A DNA stretch of 64,000 nt from NCBI GenBank assembly GCA_964016885.1, contig OZ024748.1, positions 806,001 to 870,000 of the forward strand, given 5' to 3'. A program made the translations under genes and the position numbers. The notes below the pieces were generated by a model. It saw only the letters and a list, made by a program, of their open reading frames with translations. It was not told the origin of the DNA and did not search any database. This DNA comes from Eledone cirrhosa. Its lineage: Eukaryota. Each line of letters opens with the position of its first letter. Position 1 is the first letter of the stretch. Positions 27,059 through 38,629 of this stretch are shown here, piece after piece.

Positions 27059-28270
27059 TCATAAACACACAAACACATCATTTTTACATATTTTCCATAT
27101 ATATATATATAAAAATAAGCACACAATTTTTACATGCACCTTTCTTATACACAGACACGCACAAATTTCTATATGAGCTTTCTGTGTATATATATTGTGT
27201 ATATATGTATGTACACACATAATTATGTAGCTTAGTTACATAGTAGTCACATGAGAAGGAGAATAGGTCTACCATACTGAATATAAGTGCATTCAGATAT
27301 TTTTCTGAGTGCAGAGATATGCATAAATAACTATAGCCATTGAAAATATAATATGGATTGGAATGGAATGGAAGGCTGAAGAAATTCAATAAACTTGTAC
27401 AAAAATAGATAGATGTCGTTTAAGTTGCGGCTGCTGTTATGGGGTTTATTTTTTTAATGATTTTTTTTTTTTTGGATTTGTTTGTTTTTTTGGAATAAGA
27501 AAAAAAAAACCAAATAGATTAAACAAACTATAAAGAAAGAGAAAATAAGGGAAAAAAAAAGGATAATTTCCCACCTGCCCACTCTACTTAAAATGTCAAA
27601 ACCATTCAGTAGTTTGTTACTCGTTAAAGACTATGTAATAACGTATATAACTAGTTTTCAAATCAAATGAATCTAGCATCTTAACTATATGGTATCATAA
27701 TAATTCTTTCTGCTATCACAATAATACATCATAATTACAATAAATGTTTTAAATTGTCAAATTTAGTTATCAAATTTAGTTAGAGCATTAAGTAGAAATT
27801 TGTGTTTGTTGAAGATTTGCTCTCGTAGACTTTTGATTTTATTACCGTAATATTTTCCATATAAGTAACAAGTAGTTTTGCAATTTAAAAATCTTAATTG
27901 CTTTAAATTATTTCATTATGTCATCTTTCGTTTCATTTTTATTATTTCTCTTCAGTTTAATTCTGAAGATGATTCAGACTTAAATCAATTTAATGAACGA
28001 TACAAACTTTTAATCTACAATTTCTTCCCCTACATCTGCCAAAACAATAATGAAGACATACACATATATATATGTATATCTATGTTTACATATGTATGTG
28101 TATCATATATATGTATATGTAATTATATGTATTTGTATGTATATTATATATGTATATGTAATTATATGTATTTGTATGTATATTATATATATGTATTTGT
28201 ATGTATATTATATATATATATATATATGTATTTGTATGTATATTATGTATATATATATGTATTTGTATGC

Positions 28271-28325
<55 letters not shown>

Positions 28326-28859
28326 TTATATGTATATTATATATATATGTATTTATATGTATATTATATATATATGTATTTATATGTATATTATATATAT
28401 ATGTATTTATATGTATATTATATATATATGTATTTATATGTATATTATATATATATGTATTTATATGTATATTATATATATATGTATTTGTATGTATATT
28501 ATATATATATATATATGTATTTATATTATATATATATATATATGTATTTATATTATATATATATGTATTTGTATGTATATTATATATATATATATATATA
28601 TATATTTGTATTTGTATGTATATTATATATATATATTATATATATATGTATATATATGTATTTGTATGTATATTATATGTTTATCATATATATATGTATA
28701 TATATATATGTATTTGTATGTATATTGTATATATATTATATATATATGTATATATATGTATTTTTATGCATATTATATATATATTATATTACCAGTAATG
28801 TACTGGGTAATTGCTGGCCTTGTGCCAAAAGTAGAAACAATTATTTATATATATGTAAC

Positions 28860-29845
28860 TTTGAAATGTTTTGGCCAGTATTGGCCCAGGCCATGTCTAA
28901 CTTAATAGCACCACCTGGCGAAGTCTTTCAATTGAGGATTTCGGCACCATGGCCCATTTGAGAAGAGAATTACTGTTTGCGGAGACATATCCGGGTGTGG
29001 GAGGTTTGTCCGGGATTACTTGGAGAAATTTGTCCAAAGACTTCTTGAATTTTGTGTGGTCAGTTTCTGTTTTGACGTGTCCTGGTGTGATGTTGAAGAG
29101 AGCAGGGCCAATTGAGGTGAAATAATTGTGCCGTATTGTTGTTATGAGTTGCGATTTAGATTTTTATTTGGGACGGATAGCACGGGGCCCAACCCTTGGG
29201 TGTATTTTGAAGGTGATGCCAACATCATTTGGGCAGTGCTGATGAAACATTTTCCACATCATGCAGATAATATAACGCTCACGGCGACGTTGGAGTGAGT
29301 AAAGTTTCAGCTTTTCTAGTCGACCCCAGTAGTCAAGGTCTGACATGCCATCTATCTTTTTCGTGATTGCCCTTTGGGGAGCTTCAAGTTTCATGATACT
29401 TTGTTTCGTGTGGGGAGACCACAGTGGACAACAGTATTCAAGGTGTGGTCGGGAAAAAGTGGAGAAGAGAAGGATAATGGTGTGGGAATCTCTCGACTGG
29501 AAGGTTCTGAGGATCCAGGAACACATTCTGCGGGCCATGTCAACTTTGCTGCTTATATGCGTGGCCCAGCTTATGTTGCTGTCCACGGTTACTCCTAAGT
29601 CTCTGATGTTGTTAGATGCCACGAGAGTTTCACCGGAGGGAAGGAGTACAGGAGTTTCAGAGCATCCTCTTTTCCAAAGTGGATCAGTTCGAATTTGTCT
29701 TCGTTCAGTAACATGTTGTTCTTTTCCGCCCATTGGGTAACAGCCAGTAGGTCTGACTGAAGGCTTATCCGGTCATCCACACCATTGATAACCTTTTGGA
29801 GCTTGGAATCATCAGCGAAAATTCTAATGTTGCCAGTGATGTCAT
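28860..29845 (-). pseudogene. 3' fragment of CR1/L2-group LINE ORF2 (RT C-terminus)
   Basis: Motifs IFADDSK, DLGVTVD, RPHLEYCCPLWSPH, LYSLQRRRERY, FKKSLDKFL..IPD.P; contains frameshifts and a stop. Confidence 0.88.
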
Positions 29846-31089
29846 TATGTATATTATATATATATTATATATGTATATATATATATGTATTTGTATGTAT
29901 ATTATATATATATATATATGTATATATATATGTATTTGTATGTATATTATATATATATATGTATTTGTATGTATATTATATATATATATGTATATGTACG
30001 TGTATATATGTATGTGTATATATATATGTATATGTACGTGTATATATGTATGTGTATATATATACGTATATGTACGTGTATATATGTATGTGTATATATA
30101 TATAGTCTATTATATAAAAATATTCTTTTAGCTTTGTTTTTCCATTTAATAGTTTTGTTGTAGTTAAATATGTCTGAAAATGCTGCATAAGATTACTTTT
30201 TCTCCACACCCACCCACCCCCACAACACATACACATCTAGTTGCTTATTACACTTAATTATTTTGTTAGCAGTACATTGTTTTATAAAGTGACAGTTTTA
30301 ATTTACACAGGCTTCATTGATTTTACAATTAAGGCTTGGTTCTTTGTCTGACAGTAAGTTGGCAGAATTGTTAGTGTCGAACAAGTCTCCTCGCATTATT
30401 TATTTGTTTCTTCTGTTCTGAGCGCAGATCCCACCAAGATTAACTTAGTCTTTCATCTTCCTAAGATTGATGAAGTTCAAATTGCTACGTGGCCTCGTGG
30501 TTGGTAGACTTAATCCATCACCTGTTTTAACACCACCGCCTGGCTCTTGGGTGCCTCTTATGGAGTCCACACTGTTGTAAGTATCATAGGTCTGTTGGAA
30601 CAGAACTGACCTAGGGCTGAACAATAACAGCAGCAACCACTTTTAAACTAATGTTGCTAGTGATGTTTCATTTTAGTCTGTGAGTTTCTATGGAATATTT
30701 GGTTGTTGCCATGGTAAAATGTATTGACTACGCTCTGTAAAGTGGTTGACAGATGGACAGATACAAAATGGAGTAGTGAGAACATTTTAGTCATGCCAGG
30801 GACAAGACAACCTCTCTTGTGCTGGTGCCATAATAAAATGAACTTTAGCAGCCAGCTATAGAAACCATGATGAAAGTGTAATGTATAAATAAGATGTGGC
30901 CCTCCATTCCGTCTAGAAGAGCCAGCTATAGAAAACACAAGAAAATTGTAATGTAAGTCATCCATCCCATCTAACTCCAAACAGGAATTGACTTAGATTG
31001 TGGTAATTTGTCAAATGCCAGCCATCATGGAAAGTAGATGTATAATAATAATGGTGCTGGCAATGACTAAAATTGTTTCTATATCTTAA

Positions 31090-31492
31090 CCCTTTAGTAT
31101 TTAAACCAGCTGTATCCAGCCAGTCTCACCTCTTTCTCTTCAAACTGGCTGTAACTCATACTGTCACTCATACTGATGTTAAGGTATTGTCCTCAAAATA
31201 AATGTTTCTACTTTTGGCACAAGGCCAGCAATTACCCAGTGCATTACTGGTACTTTATTTTATTGACCCCATAAGGATGAAAGGCAAAGTTAACCTCGGC
31301 AGGATTTTAACTTAGAATGGCAAGGGCCATAACTCTATGCTGGAAAGCATGGTGTCCGACCCTCTACCGATACTGCCAATCCACCGCCCTGCAAAATAAA
31401 TATCAAAATCTTGTAGATTCGATATTATGTGAAATAAAGTATTTACCGTGAAAATACAATAGTAAATATAGAATAATGTAAATGCTAAAGGG
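31090..31492. mobile_element. piggyBac-type MITE with nested Nin/Deu-like SINE (31204-31390, minus strand)
   Basis: TTAA-CCCTTTAG...CTAAAGGG-TTAA; the SINE is flanked by a 10-bp target duplication CAAAATAAAT (31194 and 31392). Confidence 0.85.
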
Positions 31493-32059
31493 TTAATTGT
31501 CAGTTCTTAGTAGCTAGAATAGTTAGTGTTTAGTGTAATTACTCTGGTGTCTCCACTGTTGAGAGCATCAAAAGGTTTCTCTGCCTTAAAGATGTATGAA
31601 CCATGGTTCATACAGATAGACATCTGGTACTGCTTGGTCTTGAGACAGGAACATTGCATGCAGAAGATCTGTGTAAGCTGAAGAAAAAAATGGTGGTGTG
31701 TATGATCTTTTTGGATGATATATAATGTTAATCTGCCTAAGTGGCTGGGCATTTCAAATATACTGGGGGTGGAGAGATAACTGTTGTTATGGGCATGTGA
31801 TATATATTAGATATTAGACCAGCAGTTTTCAGTGTGTGTGTATGTATTTATATATTCATTTTATTAAGGCTAAATAGGGAATCTTGTTACTTTGAAATTT
31901 CACCTGTTTATCACAAGGTCATCAAACATGGATATATATATATATAGGAAAAGAGTCAAAACCCTGGGGTCCTGTCTCCTTTCTTATTACCCACTCTACT
32001 ACCCTAAGTATTAAGTACTCTGGTGTGTTATGGTCCACCTGGTATCTTACCACACCACT

Positions 32060-32105
<46 letters not shown>

Positions 32106-32201
32106 GTATGTGTATACACGTCTATCATTGGGAGGACACTCAACCAATAGAGGGAACTCAATCCCAATAGAAGAATTTGCTGTGACCTTTATGTGGTACT
32201 A

Positions 32202-32314
32202 CCTAAGAATTTATTCTGCTCCTCACATTTCATGCAAGCCAGTGACTGTACTAGGTTCCACCTAGTAAAGTCACCAGCTTACATGAAACTTGAGTGGCAG
32301 GATAAATTCTTAGG
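32202..32314. repeat. 113-bp imperfect hairpin (MITE-like or hairpin RNA)
   Basis: cctaagaatttattctgc...tactagg ttcca cctagta...gcaggataaattcttagg. Confidence 0.8.
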
Positions 32315-32321
32315 CAATAAA

Positions 32322-32395
<74 letters not shown>

Positions 32396-33028
32396 AGGGT
32401 TGACGGACCCAGCATATTTATCAATGCCAGTACCGGTTGTATCTCAGCACACTCCATGGGCAATGTAAGATACATTTCCAGAGTATACACAAAGTTATTT
32501 GCTTCAACACAACACACGTAAAACGGGTGCCTATAAGGTTCCCGGACTCGAGTTTCTGCTGCACTAATGCACCAGTAAGGTGCACTGCACCATCTGTCTG
32601 CATATATTATGCAACAATGCACAATCGGCTTATGCGACTTCATCAGCGGGTATCGCCTAATCAATAAACAATCGATTGACAGAATCCTAAGACCAGCCTA
32701 TGCCCGCCATGACTGTTTGTGACGACTGACAGGGTAAAGCTATTAGCAACTGGCACCCGATAGGACTCTATCTCTCAACTAGCCACTGACTTACAAATTT
32801 TACATGGGGACGGGAAGCTAAAAAGAATCAATCTTTTCGTTCCTGTCAGAAGCTCTCAGCCAATGTGTCTCACACACACATGCTTGTTTAAACTTAGAAA
32901 TAAAATATTTAAAACTTTAAACCTGAAACTAAATAAACAAATGACTAGTTTGCATAAATTTTCAATTATTTATTTTCAATGACAGATTAATCATTTATAT
33001 ATACATATGTTTATATATGCATGTTTGT

Positions 33029-33062
<34 letters not shown>

Positions 33063-33329
33063 TTAAGTCGTTTGGAAGCCTCGACAATGCAAATGGGTAA
33101 ATCTCCGGGTAACAAGATCCGGTGGTGGAGAGAGAGATGTAAGTGGGTGTACGTTGAGATGCGTGGTGTGTATAAGACGTGTAGAGGAATGAAGGAAAGA
33201 GTATAAAGGATAAAATAAGAATAACAACACGAGAGATTTAATTGTCCCTATATTTTTCGGATTCACATCCATCAACTGGGGTTTTTTTCCGGGGTGGGGG
33301 AAAGGTTGTCTGTCGGAAAGGTGCGAAAC

Positions 33330-34331
33330 GCATCCTCTGCTGTTTGGGTCAAAAACTCTATTGGCGAAGGAATTAGCCCTTCGATGTTGACAGCTAATGG
33401 TTACCTCCGTTCTATCGTTAATCGGTAGATGTCGTGATAGAGTTATGTAATATGCTTCCGTAACACAGAGATCACAAGATTTTCTTCATCCATTTGAACG
33501 GTTGGGCCCTAGCCACGATACCCCATTTTAGTGAGTGTTGAACGTTGTTTAATTTAAGGTTTTTAATGAGCCTAGCTAGCGATGTCGAACATCTGATGCT
33601 AGGGTCCCGGAAGGAAAAAGAGAGCGCGTTATAGCGTACCTTAAAAGGGTTAGAGGTAGACCCGATATAAGAGCTGGTATTCGAAGCAGTCTCAACCGTG
33701 CACCTATAGACTATGTTGGGTGTCAGGCAGTGTCCATTTAATGGGCATGCATTGGGGGGTAACGACAGTTGCAGTTGCTTCTGCGGTTAGTGAGAGTAGG
33801 GTTGTTTAACCTAAGCGGTAGTTCCGTGCTAGAAGGATTAGATGGGGGAGGTGTGCTACTAGAGTAATTATTGGTGTAGTGGCGTGGTGTATTTGATAGG
33901 GGTGGTGGTACTGTGGTGTGGGAGTTATACTGTCTTAGCTTATGATGGTTACTGAACGCGATGTGGCTAGCTAGGTTAGGTGTTGTGGAGAATGAGATTT
34001 TAATGTTATTTTTATTAAAGAGTTTGTAATATCTATGGTTGGAGGGGAAGTGTTTGGATAGGATAGAGAAGAAGCGTTTGGGGATATTAGCTAGATTAGA
34101 TGAGAATGGGGGGTTGAGCCAGGTGATATTTCTAGGTCTATTCCTTCTAGGGGTTCTAGTGGAGTTGGTAGGGGCCTTCCTAGGGTTATTATTAACTGGG
34201 GATTTGTTATTTGTCATCCCATTTCTCATTCCTATTCTAGGGTTGATTTTTAGTTTGCTACTTGGAGTGGGGAGCAGGCTGCTGCCACCATTAAAGTTCC
34301 CTGTATAGGTGCTGTTACTGCTAAAAACCAT
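33330..34331 (-). pseudogene. Penelope-like element 3' part (linker + GIY-YIG endonuclease), frameshifted; Naiad-like
   Basis: RNITWLNPPFS...KHFP..H...KLFNKNNIKISFS..PN, then CNCR/CPLNGHCL..NIVYRCTV......SYIGST..FKVRY and CDLC..E...I.....INDRTE....CQH. Confidence 0.85.
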
Positions 34332-34533
34332 AGATATTACAAACTCTTTAATAAAAATAACATAAAAATCTCATTCTCCACAACACCTAACCTAGCTAGC
34401 TAGCCACACCTAAAACGATAAACGGAAAAAATGAAACCCGGCTGATTAACCCACTCGATATGCAAATTGGGCTACTCAGCCGTTAATATGCAAAAGGTAA
34501 GTATATATGTTCAACAATCTGGCAGGAAGGTAT

Positions 34534-34576
34534 ACGTTGCTGACGATAGCTAATAAGCTTGAAACTAGTACAGCGT
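34534..34576 (+). ncRNA. Type-I minimal hammerhead ribozyme next to the Penelope element
   Basis: acgttg-CTGACGA-t agc taataa gct t-GAAA-ctag-TA-cagcgt. Palindromic ACTAGT stem III, triplet GUA; stem I extendable with aggaa/ttcct. Confidence 0.8.
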
Positions 34577-34695
34577 TCCTTTGTCAGTGTTGAACAAACG
34601 AGCAACAATGGTTGCTGAACACTACGGCTTAATACAGGATGTTTGTTTACAAACGCACAGAGCATTATAATAAATGTATATATATGTTTATATAC

Positions 34696-34734
<39 letters not shown>

Positions 34735-34769
34735 TATATATATGTATAATGTTTATATATATATATAAT

Positions 34770-34800
<31 letters not shown>

Positions 34801-34915
34801 ATGTTTATATATATATATATATATATAATGTTTATATATGTTTATATATACATATATATAATGTTTATATATATATATATATATATATGTGTTTATATAT
34901 ACATATATATATAAT

Positions 34916-34954
<39 letters not shown>

Positions 34955-35049
34955 GTTTATATATATATATATAAACATATATATATGTATATATAAACAT
35001 ATATATATATATATATAAACCTTATATATATAACCTTATATATATAAAC

Positions 35050-35099
<50 letters not shown>

Positions 35100-35696
35100 A
35101 TATATATAGTTATGTAATAAACAACATAAGGCAATTATTCCATTTACCAGTGGTTTCTTAAAAGCAAAAGATTTTGCTTTCAATCCTCAGAAAGAAAAAA
35201 TCCTGGTCTGTTTATTGAATTTGGATTTTAAAAACATAAATGCAATCTATATGAAAGTGAGGCAGAAGAAGGAAAGGAAAAATAAAATAAAACTACACAT
35301 ACAAACAGACACACACAAAAACACAAAAGCATACACACACACACACACTTTGAATTATTGAGCCCTCTGCCACTCATGTCGAATTTTGTTTATCGTGAAC
35401 TCGTGCGCCGATTTTTCGATACTCGATTATTCTACTATATATATATACATATATACATATACATACATACATATGCATACACTCATACATACACACACGC
35501 ACACATATACACACACATATATGTGTATATAAATACACACAAACACATATATACATACGCACATAAATATCAACACATACATACATACACATAGAAATTA
35601 CTTCATTCACACATATATATATATATATAAACCGGTGTACTTAGTGTCACGAATGACCAGAAAAAGGAGGCCTGGAAATGTCATTATGAGAGACTG

Positions 35697-37445
35697 ATGA
35701 ATGTGGAGAACGAATGGGAGAGAGAGAAATTACCCTTGGTAGATCCGACAGAGGGACCAGCTATTGAGATTGACGAATATAGGGTCCAAGAGGCGATTAC
35801 GGAAATGAAAAATGGTAAGGCGGCCGGACCATCGGGAATAGTTGCTGAGATGCTGAAGGCATCAGGGGACGTAGGCACTAAACTGGTTGCACGCATCATC
35901 AATCAGGCTATATATGGTGGTGTCATACCCAAAGACTGGTGCAGCAGTATTCTCATAAATTGCTACAAAGGTAAAGGGGATGCTTTGGAGAGGAGCAATT
36001 ATAAGGGTATAAAACTGATAGATCAGGTTATGAAAGTGGCAGAAAGGATTTTAGCACAACTAATTAGAGAAAGGGTCAAACTAGATGAGATGCAGTTTGG
36101 TTTTGTGCCTGGGAAGAGTACAACAGATGCCCTCTTCTTGGTGAGACAAATGCAAGAGAGGTTCTTAGAGAAGAATAAGCCACTATACTTAGCCTTTGTT
36201 GACCTAGAGAAGGCCTTTGATAGGGTACCCCGATCTGTCATCTGGTGGTCCCTAAGGAAGCTAGGTGTTGAGGAATGGCTTGTGAGGACAGTGCAAACTT
36301 TGTACAGAGGTACTCTCAGTAAAGTCAGGGTAGGAATGGAGTTTAGTGAGGAATTCCAGATACAAGTAGGAGTACATCAAGGTTCGGTCCTCAGCCCGCT
36401 CTTGTTCATTATAGTCCTCCAAGCCATAACAGAGGAGTTTAAGACTGGCTGTCCATGGGAACTTCTCTATGCTGACGATCTGGCTCTTATGGCAGAATCA
36501 GTAGAGGAGCTAGAGAATAAATTCCGGTTATGGAAACAGCAGTTGGAAGCAAGAGGACTGAGAGTAAATCTAGCTAAGACAAAAGTGTTGATGAGTAGAA
36601 AAGAGGACAAAACCCTGATTCCGTCAGGGAAATGGCCATGTTCGATATGCAGAAAAGGAACTGGCATAAATTCTATAAAATGCACACAATGCAGGTCCTG
36701 GGTACACAAGAGATGTAGCGGGATAGCAGGCAAACTAACAGGTAGGGAGAAATATGTATGCAGTAGATGTACAGGTAAATTAGACAGTGGAAGTCGCACT
36801 GATAGACACATTTTTCAAATGCGAGAGGGCGCTATAGAAGTGGTGGATAGCTTCCGGTACCTAGGAGATCAGATTAGCATGGGAGGAGGGTGTTCCGAGG
36901 CCATAGTATCTAGAATAAGGACGCGTTGGAAGAAGTTTAGGGATCTGCTTCCTCTGTTGACGAAGAAGGGTTTCTCCCTGCGTACGAAAGGCCGGTTGTA
37001 TGATGCCTGTGTGAAAAGCGCGATGCTGCATGGTAGTGAGACATGGGCAGCAACCGCAGAGGATATGCGACGGCTGGAGAGAAATGAGGCAAGCATGCTC
37101 CGTTGGATGTGCAGTGTAAATGTGTGTGAACGACCCAGCATAAATGTGTTGAGAGAGAAACTGTGTCTGAGAGGGATAGAATGTAGTGTACGGGAGAGGA
37201 GACTGAGGTGGTATGGACATGTGATGCGCATGGAGGATGACCGATGGGTGAAGAAGTGCCAGGAAATGCCAGTTGAAGGAAGACGTGGTAGAGGTAGACC
37301 ACGAAAAACATGGGCGGAGGTGGTGAGAACAGACCTCAGATCATTGAAGCTCACGGTGGAGATGACGAGGGACCGTGACAAGTGGAGAGATGCTGTGCTG
37401 AATAAGACCCGTCCCACCCTTGCAAGCAGGGAAAAGCGGACGTAA
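35697..37445 (+). CDS. RTE LINE family A reverse transcriptase, 5'-truncated but uninterrupted (582 aa), with PHD finger
   Basis: All RT motifs are intact and a C4HC3 finger lies at ~36630-36770. The stop codon is followed directly by the (GAT)n tail to 37471; the element starts ~35635. Confidence 0.93.
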   Translation: MNVENEWEREKLPLVDPTEGPAIEIDEYRVQEAITEMKNGKAAGPSGIVAEMLKASGDVGTKLVARIINQAIYGGVIPKDWCSSILINCYKGKGDALERSNYKGIKLIDQVMKVAERILAQLIRERVKLDEMQFGFVPGKSTTDALFLVRQMQERFLEKNKPLYLAFVDLEKAFDRVPRSVIWWSLRKLGVEEWLVRTVQTLYRGTLSKVRVGMEFSEEFQIQVGVHQGSVLSPLLFIIVLQAITEEFKTGCPWELLYADDLALMAESVEELENKFRLWKQQLEARGLRVNLAKTKVLMSRKEDKTLIPSGKWPCSICRKGTGINSIKCTQCRSWVHKRCSGIAGKLTGREKYVCSRCTGKLDSGSRTDRHIFQMREGAIEVVDSFRYLGDQISMGGGCSEAIVSRIRTRWKKFRDLLPLLTKKGFSLRTKGRLYDACVKSAMLHGSETWAATAEDMRRLERNEASMLRWMCSVNVCERPSINVLREKLCLRGIECSVRERRLRWYGHVMRMEDDRWVKKCQEMPVEGRRGRGRPRKTWAEVVRTDLRSLKLTVEMTRDRDKWRDAVLNKTRPTLASREKRT

Positions 37446-37472
37446 AATGATGATGATGATGATGATGATGAT

Positions 37473-37507
<35 letters not shown>

Positions 37508-37566
37508 TATATATATATATATGTTTATATATATATATAATGTTTATATATATATATATATATAAT

Positions 37567-37615
<49 letters not shown>

Positions 37616-38161
37616 TATATATATATATATGTTTATATATATATATATGTTTATATATATGTTTATATATATATATATGTTTATATATATATATATGTTT
37701 ATATATATATATATGTTTATATATATATATATGTTTATATATATATATATGTTTATATATATATATATGTTTATATATATATGTTTATATATATATATAT
37801 ATATATGTTTATATATATATGTTTATATATATATATATGTTTATATATATATATGTTTATATATAATATATATGTTTATATATATATATATGTTATAATA
37901 TATATATATATATAAAACATATATATATATATAAACATATATATATATATATGTTTATATATATATATGTTTATATATATATATATAATGTTTATATATA
38001 TATATATATATATATATGATGTTTATATATGTTTATATATATATATATATATATGTTTATATATATATATGTTTATATATATATATATATATATGTTTAT
38101 ATATATGTTTATATATATATATATATATATGTTTATATATATATATATATATATATATAAT

Positions 38162-38201
<40 letters not shown>

Positions 38202-38253
38202 TTATATATATATATATATATAATGTTTATATATATATATATATATATATAAT

Positions 38254-38394
<141 letters not shown>

Positions 38395-38576
38395 GTTTAT
38401 ATATATAAACATATTAGAGAGAGAGAGAGTCGGGGCCTGATGGTAAGAGCTCAGTCGTCGGGCCCAGACTCTCTCTAATATAGTAGTTACACTCTACTAT
38501 CCCAAGTATTGAGTACTCTGCTGAATAATGGACTTGTTTTAAACTGGTAAAACCCTGATCTCCCGCTCTCCCCCCT

Positions 38577-38626
<50 letters not shown>

Positions 38627-38629
38627 AAT

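Noticed and set aside
27963-28010. CTGAAGA with a short stem
   Set aside because: Spacing to GAAC is wrong; better explained as a candidate exon or chance.
32620-32655. CTGATGA plus hairpin on the minus strand
   Set aside because: No GAAA/stem III/NUH follows the hairpin.
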